DNA of 64,000 nucleotides from Mustelus asterias (taxonomy: Eukaryota). Where the stretch lies: assembly GCF_964213995.1 (NCBI RefSeq), contig NC_135807.1, positions 121,830,001 through 121,894,000 of the forward strand, given 5' to 3'. The translations under genes and the position numbers were made by a program. The notes under the pieces are model-generated. The model searched no databases. It was not told the origin of the DNA and saw only the letters and a program-made list of their open reading frames with translations. This document shows positions 37,552 through 50,580 of this stretch, piece after piece. The first letter of the stretch is position 1, and each line of letters opens with the position of its first letter.

Positions 37552-39297
37552 GTAAAAGTTGAAGTTTTTCACTTTCTATCTCCTTTTTAGCTCCATTTTC
37601 CCCTGAAAAAGGCTGTTCACTAGATTTATTTTGTTAAACCTAATATAAACATCACTCTATAATCAGCAAACTTACTTACGACTCTTATTCATTGTTCATA
37701 CATTAAGATTCTGATCTCCGTACTGCAGTGAAATGCAGAGATATCGTACTTTCTTATCCCACAGGCAATAAGGGAGAAGAATATTTGTGAATGCTTGGAA
37801 GCAAGTCATCTGTTTCCTGTTGTTCACAGGAGAGCAATTTGTTACACAGAAGACCTAAGGAAGATATAAACATAACTTTACAGTGATACATAACATTGTG
37901 GAAATTATTGTTTATTATGCTAAGCAACGGCAACTTGCAATTATAGAGTACCTTAAACCATTTAGTAAAATGATCCCTGGTGCTTCACAGGAGCTATTGT
38001 CAAACAAAATATGACACGAAAGTAACCTCACATCCTGCCAAAACAAGGACAAGCAAAAAGAAGTCCTACTAATAGACCATTTGATTAGAACATATACAAA
38101 TATAAAATAACTTGATGTCTTCCTGGAGTCCTCTTTGTATATTTAGGACACGGTATTTTCTGGCCCTTCCCGCCAGTGGAATCTTCTGTTCCTGTCGAAG
38201 GCAAATCCCCATGGCGGATTCCCTGACGACAAAGCGGGTGAGCTGTGCAAAACACCATGGAGGTCGGCAGGATGTGCAGGTTAGGTGGATTGGCCATACT
38301 AAATTGCCCCTTAGTGTCCCAAGATGTTTAGGTTTGATGGACTAGCTATGGGAAATGTGTGGGGTTATGCAGATAGGATGGGGGAAGAGGGCCTGGCTAA
38401 GATGTTCTATCAGAGAGTTGGTGCAGACTCGATGGGCCGAATGACCTCTTCTGCACAGTGGCGATTCTATGAGGACGGAAAGATCCTGTCAACTGCTAAT
38501 GGTGAATTCCGTCCGCTGTCAGAAAACATGCGTGGGGAAGGTGTGGAAAATGATTCTGATTGGTTTGATTCTATCAGAAACTCAGTTGGTTAAAAATTTT
38601 GCAAAATCAACATTCAGAATTAATTCATGTTTTGTTTGTGCAATTCAGAAGGAAAACATATATCAGAAATATATTCCAGGTATTAACAAGGAAACAAAAA
38701 TAGTTCTTAAGTTGATGGATATTATTCTTGGATGCATCCAGATTGTACATGGAGATATTATGTCGGAAGTTTTCCATTTAGTTTGAGGGAGGAAAATTCC
38801 ATAACCAGCACAAGAACACGATAATGTAGCAAGTTGGAATTAACTTGAAAGAAGAAAAAGTGCCAGGTTTAACTAAGTAATTGAACCATTGTAGATGTGG
38901 AACTATGTAGATGACCGATTGAAATTTTCCCTTGAAAGTACTTATGAAGCTTCTCTTAAATGAGTAAATACATTTTACAATCTAGTAGAGAGGCATAGAG
39001 ATTGGGAAGATCCCGGTCTTATTCCGAGCTACTGATATTAGTTGATCTAAGTTAGGACTGGGGTACTGTATTTGGGTTCTGTGTCTCTGGGCTAGGGAGC
39101 AAAGGAAAAACTCCTTCCTCCACCACTCTTCTCCACCCATATTCCATCCAAGAGGCCATGCTAGACAGTGCACATATCCCAGCATTAGTAGTGCATTCAG
39201 TTACCAATCCCAAGCATCTATATATTGTTTAGCTGGACTTTAATAAAACTATAGTTTTTTGTTTATATTTTTGATAGTTGTATTGTTTATTTCACAG

Positions 39298-39368
39298 AAT
39301 GGCTTTGATGAAAAAATGTCAACAGAAAAAAAAAGAGTTATCCCCAAAGATTACAGAGAATGGGATAA
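39298..39368 (+). CDS. SPAG1: SPAG1 coding exon 4
   Basis: NGFDEKMSTEKKRVIPKDYREWDK, similar to human PRDYAEWDK. Confidence 0.93.
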
Positions 39369-39412
39369 GTATGTTCATTTAGAATATCCATTTAATAACT
39401 AGCCTTAATGAA

Positions 39413-42326
39413 CCATAGAACCATAGAAAATTACAGCTCAGAAACAGGCCTTTTGGCCCTTCTTGTCTGTGCCGAACCATTTTATGCCTCGTCCCACTGA
39501 CCTGCACTTGGACCATATCCCTCCACACCCCACTCATCCATGAACCCGTCCAAGTTTTTCTTAAATGTTAAAAGTGACCCCGCATTTACCACTTTATCCG
39601 GCAGCTCATTCCACACTCCCACCACTCTCTGCGTGAAGAAGCTCCCCCTAATATTCCCTCTAAACTTTTCTCCTTTCACCCTTAACCCATGCCCTCTGGT
39701 TTTTTTCTCCCCTAGCCTCAGCGGAAAAAGCCTGCTTGCATTCACTCTATCTATACCCATCAAAATCTTATACACCTCTATCAAATCTCCCCTCAATCTT
39801 CTACGCTCCAGGGAATAAAGTCCCAACTTATTCAATCTCTCTCTGTAACTCAGCTTCTCAAGTCCCGGCAACATCCTTGTGAACCTTCTCTGCACTCTTT
39901 CAACCTTATTTACATCCTTCCTGTAACTAGGTGACCAAAACTGTACACAATACTCCAAATTCGGCCTCACCAATGCCTTATATAACCTTACCATAACACT
40001 CCAACGTTTATACTCGATACTCCGATTTATAAAGGCCAATGTACCAAAGGCACTCTTTACGACCCTATCCACCTGTGACGTCACTTTTAGGGAACTCTGT
40101 ACCTGTATTCCCAGATCCCTCTGTTCAACTGCACTCTTCAGAGTCCTACCATTTACCCTGTACGTTCTTCTTTGGTTTGTCCTTCCAAAGTGCAATATCT
40201 CACACTTGTCTGCGTTAAATTCCATTTGCCATTTTTCAGCCCATTTTTCTAGTTGGTCCAAATCCCTCTGCAAGCTTTGAAAACCTTCCTCACTGTCCAC
40301 TACACCTCCAATCTTTGTATCATCAGCAAACTTGCTGATCCAATTGACCACATTATCATCCAGATCATTGATATAGATGACAAACAACAATGGACCCAAC
40401 ACCGATCCCTGCGGCACACCACTAGTCACAGGCCTCCACTCAGAGAAGCAATCCTCCACAACCACTCTCTGGCTTCTTCCATTGAGCCAGTGTCTTATCC
40501 AATTTACTACCTCCCCATGTATACCCAGCGACTGAACCTTCCTAACTAACCTCCCATGAGGGACCTTGTCAAAGGCCTTGCTGAAATCCAGGTAGACAAC
40601 ATCCACCGCCTTCCCTTCATCCACTTTCCTGGTAACCTCCTCGAAAAACTCTAATAGATTGGTCAAACATGACCTACCACGCACAAAGCCATGTTGACTC
40701 TCCCTAATAAGTCCCTGCCTATCCAAATATTTGTAGATCCTATCCCTTATCACACCTTCCAATAACTTGCCCACTACCGACGTCAAACTTACTGGCCGAT
40801 AATTTCCCGGATTTCTTTTGGAACCTTTTTTAAACAACGGAACAACATGAGCCACCCTCCAATCATCCGGCACCTCCCCCGTGAATACTGACATTTTAAA
40901 TATGTCTGCCAGGGCCCCTGCAAGTTCAACACTAGCTTCCCTCAAGGTCTGTGGGAATACCCTGTCCGGTCCTGGGGATTTATCCACTCTGATTTGCCTC
41001 AAGACAGCGAGCACCTCCTCCCCTTTAATCTGTAAAGGTTCCATGGCCTCCCTACCAGTTTGCCCTATTTCCGTAGACTCCATGCCCGTTTCCTCAGTAA
41101 ATACGGATGCAAAAAAACCATTTAGTATCTCCCCCATCTCTTTTGATTCCATACACAGTGTACCACTCTGGTCTTCAAGAGGACCAATTTTATCCCTCAC
41201 TATCCTTTTGCTCCTAACATACCTGTAGAAGCTCTTTGGATTTTCCTTCACTCTGTCTGCCAAAGCAACCTCATGTCTTCTTTTAGCCCTCCTGATTTCC
41301 CTCTTAAGTAGCTTCTTGCACTTCTTATACTCCTCGAGCATCTGATGTGTTCCTTGCTGCCTGTACATTTCATACAACTCTCTCTTCCTCTTAATCAGTG
41401 TTAGAATCTCCCTCGAGAACCAAGGTTCCTTATTCCTATTTACTTTGCCTTTAATCCTGACAGGAACATACAAACTCTGCACTCTCAAAATTTCTCCTTT
41501 GAAGGCCTCCCACTTTCCATTTACATCCTTACCAGAGAACAGCCTGTGCCAATCCACACTTCCCAGATCCCTTCTCATTTCATCAAATTTGGCCTTTTTC
41601 CAGTTCAGAACTTCAACCCGAGGACCAGATCTATCCTTATCCACGATCAGGTTGAAACTAATGGCATTATGATCACTGGATCCAAAGTGTTCCCTCACAC
41701 TCACATCCATCACCTGCCCTAACTCATTTCCCAATAGGAGATCCAATATCGCATCCTCTCTAGTTGGCACCTCTATATACTGATGTAGAAAATTCTCCTG
41801 AACACATTTTACAAACTCTACCCCGTCTAAACCTTTAACAGTATGCGAGTCCCAATCTATATGTGGAAAATTAAAATCCCCTACTATCACAACTTTGTGT
41901 TTCTTGCAGTTGTCAGCTATCTCTCCGCTGATTTGCTCCTCCAGTTCTCGCTGACTATTGGGTGGTCTATAATACAAGCCCATTAATGTGGTCATACCTT
42001 TCCTGTTTCTCAGCTCCACCCATAGGGCCTCTGTAGACAAGCTCCCTAATCTATCCTGCCTGAGTACCGCTGTAACATTTTCCCTGACCAACAATGCCAC
42101 CCCCCCACCTTTTACCCCTCTGCCTCTATCCCGCCTGAAACATTGGAACCCTAGAACATTGAGCTGCCAGTCCTGCCCCTCCTGTAGCCAAGTTTCACTA
42201 ATGGCTATAATGTCATATTTCCACGTGTCTATCCACGCCTTCAGCTCATCTGCCTTCCCTACAATACTCCTGGCATTGAAATAGACACACCTCAAAAAAT
42301 TATTTCCACCACACTCTACCCTTCCA
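39413..42326 (-). mobile_element. Young 5'-truncated CR1 LINE (HER1-like)
   Basis: Uninterrupted ORF2; (TTCTATGG)n tail; TSD TAATGAA at 39406-39412 and 42327-42333. Confidence 0.95.
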
Positions 42327-42379
42327 TAATGAAGATTGACATTGGCAGCAAATATCATTGAACATATTCTAAGGAACAT
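39482..42379 (-). CDS. CR1 ORF2: APE endonuclease plus reverse transcriptase, 965 aa
   Basis: YFNARS, ISETWL, GDFNFP, SDHN (EN); YLDFSKAFD, GVPQGSVLGP, FADD (RT). The first ~17 residues come from flanking intron. Confidence 0.9.
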   Translation of the reverse strand: MFLRICSMIFAANVNLHYGRVECGGNNFLRCVYFNARSIVGKADELKAWIDTWKYDIIAISETWLQEGQDWQLNVLGFQCFRRDRGRGVKGGGVALLVRENVTAVLRQDRLGSLSTEALWVELRNRKGMTTLMGLYYRPPNSQRELEEQISGEIADNCKKHKVVIVGDFNFPHIDWDSHTVKGLDGVEFVKCVQENFLHQYIEVPTREDAILDLLLGNELGQVMDVSVREHFGSSDHNAISFNLIVDKDRSGPRVEVLNWKKAKFDEMRRDLGSVDWHRLFSGKDVNGKWEAFKGEILRVQSLYVPVRIKGKVNRNKEPWFSREILTLIKRKRELYEMYRQQGTHQMLEEYKKCKKLLKREIRRAKRRHEVALADRVKENPKSFYRYVRSKRIVRDKIGPLEDQSGTLCMESKEMGEILNGFFASVFTEETGMESTEIGQTGREAMEPLQIKGEEVLAVLRQIRVDKSPGPDRVFPQTLREASVELAGALADIFKMSVFTGEVPDDWRVAHVVPLFKKGSKRNPGNYRPVSLTSVVGKLLEGVIRDRIYKYLDRQGLIRESQHGFVRGRSCLTNLLEFFEEVTRKVDEGKAVDVVYLDFSKAFDKVPHGRLVRKVQSLGIHGEVVNWIRHWLNGRSQRVVVEDCFSEWRPVTSGVPQGSVLGPLLFVIYINDLDDNVVNWISKFADDTKIGGVVDSEEGFQSLQRDLDQLEKWAEKWQMEFNADKCEILHFGRTNQRRTYRVNGRTLKSAVEQRDLGIQVQSSLKVTSQVDRVVKSAFGTLAFINRSIEYKRWSVMVRLYKALVRPNLEYCVQFWSPSYRKDVNKVERVQRRFTRMLPGLEKLSYRERLNKLGLYSLERRRLRGDLIEVYKILMGIDRVNASRLFPLRLGEKKTRGHGLRVKGEKFRGNIRGSFFTQRVVGVWNELPDKVVNAGSLLTFKKNLDGFMDEWGVEGYGPSAGQWDEA

Positions 42380-42478
42380 GTAAAAATATACATTGTAATT
42401 TCAGGGAACATTTATTTGTGTGATGACAATAACTTCAACTTGGCCCAGTATGTCCAACATGCCTGCACCAGTTACTAT

Positions 42479-43270
42479 TGTTAGGATCCTCATAAAGAAT
42501 GATGGTTTTTAAAAGGAAGGTTGAATTCCTCGTGACCAACCTAAAGAATTGCACAGGATTTCAAGTTTAAGACTTTTACTGTAACACACAATTTAAAAGC
42601 ATAATTGATTAACATAACTTCAGTAAGCAATTTATAATCTAATCTACAGAAAAGATCCCCCATTTAAATTTAAAACAACCAAAAATCCCCCACCATGTTT
42701 ATAGTTTTCTCTGCTTCTTAAGTGGACACTATGTTCTTCCACAACCAGTCTAATGTGATTCTTAGCTTCTGATAATTTGCTTTCGTTTCCCTTTTCAGCC
42801 AGGTCACTCATATTTCCTGAGCTGATTTTCATGATGAAGGACAAATTGGAGAATCATTCCTCTAGTTAGTGCTAGGTGAATCTTCCGGTTTTGTTAAATC
42901 TGCACGAATCCAATCTCTTTGATCCAAGTTTGAAAATCCCATGTTCTTTTGTGGCAAACCATAGACTGTTCTGTCTCTATCTCTCTGCACTCTCTCTCTC
43001 TCTCTCACACACACACTCATCCTTGTAAACTGACATTGTGAAATTCAGTGATATTTTAAGAGAGTACCTTGTAAATCAATCCCACAGTGGCTTCCTTTGC
43101 ACTGTCCCCCCCTCGAAGCCAATTTCCAGGCCAACATGATTCATGATGTTGATCTTGCATCCAAATAGATATGCTGATTAGCTATCCTTTAAACTTCCAG
43201 CTTCATTCTATCTTGAAACTAAATAGACAGTTTAAAATATAACTGTTTTCAAAATCTACCATTCCTAACA
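42479..43270. mobile_element. Probable solo LTR
   Basis: Termini TGTTAGGA...TCCTAACA; shares tgtga(a/t)attcagtgatatttta with 54674-55348; no clear TSD. Confidence 0.6.
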
Positions 43271-44527
43271 CCTTCCTGGGAAATTTCGCTACAGAGGCAG
43301 ATAGTGTGGACCCACCGCGGTAGAAAGGCCTCTGAATAGTGTAGTTTTCATTGAGGAGGGTTGTTTAGAGACTCCACCTGAATTCTCTGGGATTTTTCTT
43401 AAAGGTTGTTTGGCCCTCTAGCTCTCATCCCCCCACACTCCCTCACATCCCCACCCGGTTCTATGCCAACTCGTATACTCATGTCAACACACCCAACCCT
43501 CGAGGCTCCTTATAGCCCCCATGCCAACTCATGGCCCTTCCAGGCCCATCCTCCTAGTATATTATGTACATAACCAGTGAGCCATATGGTAACAATGGCA
43601 TGTGTGGAACTGCTCAGAAGAAAAAAAATCATCATCTTGTGGAAAGGAAGCAGCTATTTTACAATCCTGTTAAAAAAAAATGAACCCGAGAAGGCAATTA
43701 TAGTTTTAGTAGCAGAGGCTTTGAACAATTCACACTCTTGTGCAAATAAACATTAAGATATTGACAAAAGAGATCACAGAAAAACCACTTAAAGATGTCA
43801 GTCAAACAAAGTAAACATTCCTCTCCAATCATCAAAATATCTCCCACCCCACCCCAACTTTGAGTCTGGGTTCTTAGCCAAGCATGCTTCGAAGTGATTC
43901 AAACTTCTTACTAAAATTACAATGCCAAGTCTCTTGCCATGAGTCCTTGAGAAGTTGTCCCAACTCTATGAAAATTGCAGGTGCAGGGAGATGCATACCC
44001 TATGATGGAACCAGCCAGTTCAGAAGTGCAGAGTGTGGGCTTGCTACCCATACCTTTGACCTGCTGCCATTTTGCAATGGCTCCTGAATGATTACAACTT
44101 CGTGAAAATTTGTGTCCAGTAGTCTATCATTTTCAGCACTGATGCTTTGGTCATTGTTTCTAGGCATGAGCACTTGCCCCTCCTTCTCAGTGAAACAACC
44201 GGGGCTCCTTTTAATCTTTAACATCCAAAGAACCCAGGCAGAATTCAGGACAGATCACGTGACTCCTTCTATGCCTCCATTTTACCCTAAATTAAAGAGA
44301 CAATCTGAAAACACTGCAATCTTATAAAACCTTGCATTTGTAACACGATCAATAATTTTACAACATTGTGTATTTTGAAATCGGGCAAAGTAAATTATTG
44401 ACTTAAGTATTATAGTGAGTAATAATTCTCGAGCAGAATTTTAAATGGTTCTCACACGGTTCTGTTTTCTGAATAAATTATGCCAAAGCTAAATGAAAAT
44501 ATATAATGCTCTTAATTTTGATTCCAG

Positions 44528-44640
44528 ATTTGATGTGGAAAAAGAGTGTGCCAAAGTTGATGAAGGGAAGCAAAAAACCAATTCCCAAACTATCGTCAAT
44601 GATAGTTTTTCTGCAATAGGGAAGGAAATTGACACAACAG
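44528..44640 (+). CDS. SPAG1: SPAG1 coding exon 5
   Basis: FDVEKECAKVDEGKQKTNSQTIVNDSFSAIGKEIDTT; AG/GT. Confidence 0.95.
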
Positions 44641-45529
44641 GTAATTATGGTTCAGCCACAGAAAAACATTTTTTTGCTGGTCTGTGAAGTTAAAAATCTT
44701 GTATTGCTTATCTTTGCCCTCAGCGTCAAAGAGATATAGAGAGGCAGTACAGAGTCTGGAGTGGCGAAAAGAGATTTGACGCACAGGTATGCTGCAGGAT
44801 GGGAGGGAGAAGGTAATGCAGAACCACCGAGAGGCAAGAAACCTGTCATTACACTGTGAAGGCAAGAGTTGATAGTTTTTTCATTCCAAAGTTCCAATTG
44901 ACACAGAACCAATTAAATTCAAATTTGAGGGTTTTTGACAGCCTCAAGCCACTCAGATTACAGGAATATTGTGAAGTAATTCTAGGTATTTAAACCCGGA
45001 CAAGGGGAGATGACAGAGCAACCTTGCCACCTGTAGACTGAAGGAGGGAGTGGCAGTCTCTCATATGAAATCCTGCAGTAAAATTTAGCTTCATCAAATT
45101 ACCATCTAAATAGAAGGAGAAACCGACTCAGAAAATATTCCAGCCCGAAGCATCAGAAGAAAGTTCATACTTCCAACAGACACATGGTATTATATTATTG
45201 GAGAGTGACTATATTCTGTAATGATTTATTTCATTATTCCTGAATGAGTCTTGTAATTGGAACAACATTCTATTGGGGAGTTTATTCAGTTTGTTAATTG
45301 TTTTAATAAGGTTGTCATCTGTTCTAAAATAAAGACCTGTTAGTTGTCCATGATAGAGAGTGGCAGAAAGTACCTGCTTTAATTTACCAAAACCAGTAGC
45401 TTCCTACTATCTCACGCATACTTACTTAAGATTACGAGGCGAGGTATATTCCTTTGGGGGGATTTCCAAATTCACGCAGAGGGAAACATCACCTCAGTGT
45501 CATACCAGGGTGTAATATTTGTTTCTCAG

Positions 45530-45635
45530 GCATGACTGACCAAGAAAAGATGGTTTTAGCTGATCGGGAAAAGGACAAGGGAAATGAAGCTTTTCGAGCT
45601 GGTGACCACAAGGAAGCTGTGATTTACTACACCAG
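45530..45635 (+). CDS. SPAG1: SPAG1 coding exon 6 (TPR1)
   Basis: GMTDQEKMVLADREKDKGNEAFRAGDHKEAVIYYTR. Confidence 0.96.
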
Positions 45636-45902
45636 GTACTTTGTGTACTTTTGACATATTTGAAAGAATGGTTTTCATTTATCTGGTTCATCATTATATC
45701 TTTCAGAAATGTCTCAGAGCAAATCACATACAATAAATTACATTGAAACGCAGTAGCTGTTGTTACATTAAGTAATATAACATCAATCTTGTACACAGGA
45801 AGCTCTTAAACAACTTTGAACTGTTCATTGGGCAATAGATTGGCCTTATAGACCTGATTTTCCATTTGTACTATATTGATGGTGGAGCTGTCAACATTTG
45901 CA

Positions 45903-48846
45903 CATATCGCATATCGCGCATATCAACACAGACATCAAGTTTCTACAAAGATGCAAGAAAGCAGACAAGATACCGAAAGGACTACAGATCACGAACCCAC
46001 TCAGGTCAACCTATAACACAGACTACGCTGAGAGACTGTGCCGTCGCACCTCTCTCACACTCCTCAACCACCTCATACACCAGCTCTACAGCAAACACCG
46101 CAGCCTGGAAACCAAGATAGAATCCACATTCTCAACTTGCATTCAGGACGCAGACCAGCTGCGAAACTCTGCCAAGCAGACGAGACAAAGGAACTACACC
46201 ATCTACATGCACACCAAGAACAGGAAACTTGAGAAACTCGGCATCACCACCAGCAGCAACCAAGCCTCCCCTGATACCACAGTAGAAAACAGTACCACTA
46301 CAGGGAAGTCCATTGTCAACTTGTCGGACTACACACTTCAACCAGATGAAATCGAAGTTCTCAGCCGAGGGCTCCATTTTTGCCCCACCACCAAAATAGA
46401 CCCCATCAGTCTCGCAGCAGACACAGAGGAATTCATCAGACGAATGAGGCTGTGGGAGTTCTTCCACAAACCCCAAAAGGCCAACAGCGAACACAATGAG
46501 ACAGCCAATGAACCGGAACAGCCGACAGAGAGATCCGCAGTGCATCCGAAGAGGAAAGAGTCGAATTGGACTTCTCCGGAAGGCTGCTGCCCTCGACTTG
46601 ACATGTATGCCCAAGCCATCAGGAGGTGCGTCAACACCAAATTCATCAGCCACACTCACAAGACAGCCCCGAACATCACCCAAGCACAATGCAACACTAT
46701 CCGCGCTCTCAAGACCAACCGCAACATTGTCATCAAACCAGCAGACAAAGGAGGAGCCATCGTCATACTGAACAGAACGGATTACTGCAAAGAAGTGTAC
46801 CGACAACTGAACAACGAGGAACACTACAGACAGTTACCCGCAGATCCGACCAAAGAACACACCCGTCAACTCAACACTCTGATCAAGACCTTTGATCCGG
46901 ACCTTCAGAACACCCTCCGTGCTCCCATCCCACGTACTCCCCGCGTTGGAGATCTCTACTGCCTCCCGAAGATACACAAGGCAAACACATCCGGCCGTCC
47001 CATCGTATCGGGCAATGGGACTCTGTGCGAGAACCTCTCCGGTTATGTCGAGGGCATCCTGAAACTCATTGTACAAAGAAACCCCAGCTTTTGTCGCGAC
47101 ACTACGGACTTCCTACAGAAACTCAGCACACATGGAGCAGTTGAACCAGGAGCACTCCTCGTCACAATGGATGTCTCGGCACTCTACACCAGCATCCCCC
47201 ACGACGATGGCATTGCTGCAACTGCCTCAGTACTCAACGCCGACAACTGCCAGTCTCCAAATGCAATTTTACAACTCATCCGCTTCATCCTGGACCACAA
47301 TGTCTTCACCTTCAACAACCAGTTCTTCATCCAGACACACGGAACAGCCATGAGGACAAAATTCGCACCTCAATATGCCAACATCTTCATGCACAGGTTC
47401 GAACAAGACTTCACCACACAGGACCTCCAACTGATGCTATACACTAGATACATTGATGACATTTTCTTCCTTTGGACTCATGGTGAACAATCACCGAAAC
47501 AACTATATGATGACATCAACAAGTTCCATCCCACCATCAGACTCACCATGGACTACTCTCTGGAATTGGTTGCATTCTTGGACACACGCATCTCCATTAA
47601 GGACGGTCACCTCAGCACCTCACTGTACTGCAAGCCCACAGATAACCTCACGATGCTCCACTTCTCCAGCTTCCACCCTAAACACGTTAAAGAAGCCATC
47701 CCCTACGGACAAGCCCTCCATATACACAGGATCTGCTCAGATGAGGAGGATCACAACAGACACCTCCAGACGCTGAAAGATGCCCTCATAAGAACAGGAT
47801 ATGGCGCTCGACTCATCAATCGACAGTTCCGACGCGCCACAGCGAAAAACCGCACCGACCTCCTCAGAAGACAAACTCGGAACACGGTGGACAGAGTACT
47901 CTTCGTCGTCAGTACTTCTCCAGAGCGGAGAAGCTACGACATCTCCTCCGGAGCCTTCAACATGTCATTGATGAAGACGAACATCTCGCCAAGGCCATCC
48001 CCACACCCCCACTTCTTGCCTTCAAACAGCCGCACAACCTCAAACAGACCATTGTCCGCAGCAAACTACCCAGCCTTCAGGAGAACAGTAACCACGACAC
48101 CACACAACCCTGCCACAGCAACCTCTGCAAGATGTGCCGGATCATCGACATGGATGCCATCATCTCACGTGAGAATACCATCCACCAGGTACACGGTACA
48201 TACACTTGCAACTCGGCCAACGTTGTCTACCTGATAAGCTGCAGGAAAGGATGTCCGGAGGCATGGTACATTGGGGAAACCATGCAGACGCTATGACAAC
48301 GGATGAATGAACACCGCTCGACAATCACCAGGCAAGAGTGTTCTCCTCCTGTTGGGGAGCACTTCAGCAGTCACGGGCATTCAGCCTCTAATCTTTGGGT
48401 AAGTGTTCTCCAAGGCGGCCTTCACGACACACGACACCGCAGGGTCGCTGAGCAGAAACTGATAGCCAAGTTCCGCACACATGAGGACGGCCTCAACCGG
48501 GATCTTGTGTTCATGTCACACTATCTGTCACCCCCACAACTTGCCTGGACTTGCAAAATCTCACTAGCTGTCCTGTCTGGAGACAATACACATCTCTTTA
48601 ACCTGTGCTTAATGCTCTCTCCACTCACATTGTCTGTACCTTTAAGACTTGATTAGCTGTATTAGCATTGATTAGCATTCCAATCATTGTTCTGTAAATT
48701 GAGTTTGTGTCTCTGTATGCCCTGTTTGTGAGCACATCTCCCACTCCACCTGACGAAGGGGCAGCGCTCCGAAAGCTAGTGGCATTTGCTACCAAATAAA
48801 CCTGTTGGACTTTAACCTGGTGTTGTCAGACTTCTTACTGTGTTTA
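45903..48846 (+). mobile_element. Near full-length Penelope-like retrotransposon (RT + GIY-YIG), disabled
   Basis: IKPADKGG, YCLPKIHK, MDVSALYTSIP, RYIDDIF. Frameshift near 47910 and an in-frame TGA near 48294 in the GIY-YIG region (NVVYLISC..WYIGET). TSD CAACATTTGCA at 45892-45902 and 48847-48857. Confidence 0.95.
48746..48782 (+). ncRNA. Minimal type I hammerhead ribozyme motif, intact core
   Basis: CCAC-CUGACGA-A-GGGGC AGC GCUCC-GAAA-GC-UA^GUGG. Confidence 0.82.
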
Positions 48847-49659
48847 CAACATTTGCAGGAGCAGTAGACATTTGACTGCCACAAAACTGCTGTGCCATTC
48901 ATTAAGATCATAGCTGATCTGACCATGGCCTCAACTCCACTTTCCTGCATGTCCCCCATAACATGTGGCTCCCTTGCAGATTAAAAATCTGTTTAAGCCA
49001 GTCTTGAATCTGTCGAATACTTCATTATTTCTTTTTAAGTTTCTCGATGATTTGACGTTGTAATATCACTTCACTGTCATGTTTTAGTTGAAAATCACTG
49101 AATTGATGTAATCTTCCAGTCGCCACATTATAATTCTGCTGTAAAAACCCTTGAAAGTATTACGCCTTGTCAAATAAGATGAAGCCTTGTCTATAACAGT
49201 GTACTAAATCACAATTAATGCTAACTAACCTTTCCAGCCCTGAAAAAATAATTTTATGTATGTGGAATGTCAAATTTTGCCATTCCATGATAAAACTTCC
49301 AAGATTTTTAAATTAATAAAGTTTGTTATGATATGAGCTTCAATGATAATACCATGTGCATGTCCTGACCTTTAATTCACTTTATATAAAATTATAAAAA
49401 GTAAATGACTAGATCCACTTGTAACTTCCAGATTTGCTATCTGAGAACTTTTCAATTTGGCCGTTGGAAAACATCATCTGATACTTGATGGCATAACTTT
49501 TGCAGGAAAATCTCCAATAGCTTGTGTCAGAATAGAGACAACATCAGGAAAGAGGAAATAATAAAAACCCTGAATATAGGAGGAGTATGTCATGAGTTCT
49601 TTGAGCCTACTGATATTTTGCCTCAAATCCACCTTTTCACACTCATCCATGCACCTCCA

Positions 49660-50580
49660 CTTCCTTAGCATCCAAAAATATATTGATCTCGAGTATACTT
49701 ATTTTTAAAGAAACAAGACTGACCATACACAGCTCACTGGGGTAGAGAGTTCTCCCCAAACATTCACAATCCTATGAATGAAAACATTTCTCTTAATCTT
49801 AATTTGTGGATTCCTTATGTGAGAGTGTGACCCCTAGTTCTAGAGCCTCTAGCTAGAGACACAGATCTCAACATCTGTCCTGTCAGGCCCCTTAAGAATT
49901 TTAAGTTTCAATGAGATCGCATCTCATACTTTTAAACCGCAGAGATTATAGTGATAGTCTACTTAATCTCTGCCCATAGGACAGCCTCCTCACCCCAGGA
50001 ATTAATCCAACAAACCTATGTTGCACTCCCTGTAAAGCAAGTACTGTGTACTCTTCCTTGGATCGGAGACTAAAACTATCCACGGTTCTCTGAATGTGCT
50101 CTCACCAAGACCATATCTCACTGCAGTAAGACTTTATTACTCTTCTACTCCAAACCCTTTATGAGAAAGGCTAACGTATCATTTGTTTTCCTAATTGCTT
50201 GCTGTATCTGTCTGTCAGCCTAGTATTATTGATGTACAACGACACCCAGGTCCCCCTCAATTCCAATGTTTCCAAGTCTCGCCATTAAAAATATTTTGCT
50301 TTTCTGTTTCTCCTATCAGAGTGGATAACTTCACACTTATCTGTACTAAATTCCATCTTCCTGTATCCCTGCCCAGTTGCTTAATCCACCGAAATTCTTT
50401 TGGAGCCTCCTTGCATCCTCCTTACTACATACGTTCCCAGCTAACTTTGTATCAGCAGTAAAACATGGACACATTACACTCAATCCCCTCATCTAACTCC
50501 TTGATATAGATTGTCAGTAGCTGAGTCTAGATCCTTGTTGTGTCTGGATAGTTATTGCCAGCCAACTTATAAATGATTGA
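49660..50580 (-). mobile_element. Degenerate CR1 fragment
   Basis: Decayed similarity to the CR1 RT C-terminus. Confidence 0.6.

Noticed and set aside
46132-46824. 230-aa antisense ORF
   Set aside because: Shadow frame of the Penelope ORF.
47910-48234. C-terminal ~105 aa of the 778-aa ORF
   Set aside because: Out of frame after a frameshift; the true GIY-YIG domain is in another frame.
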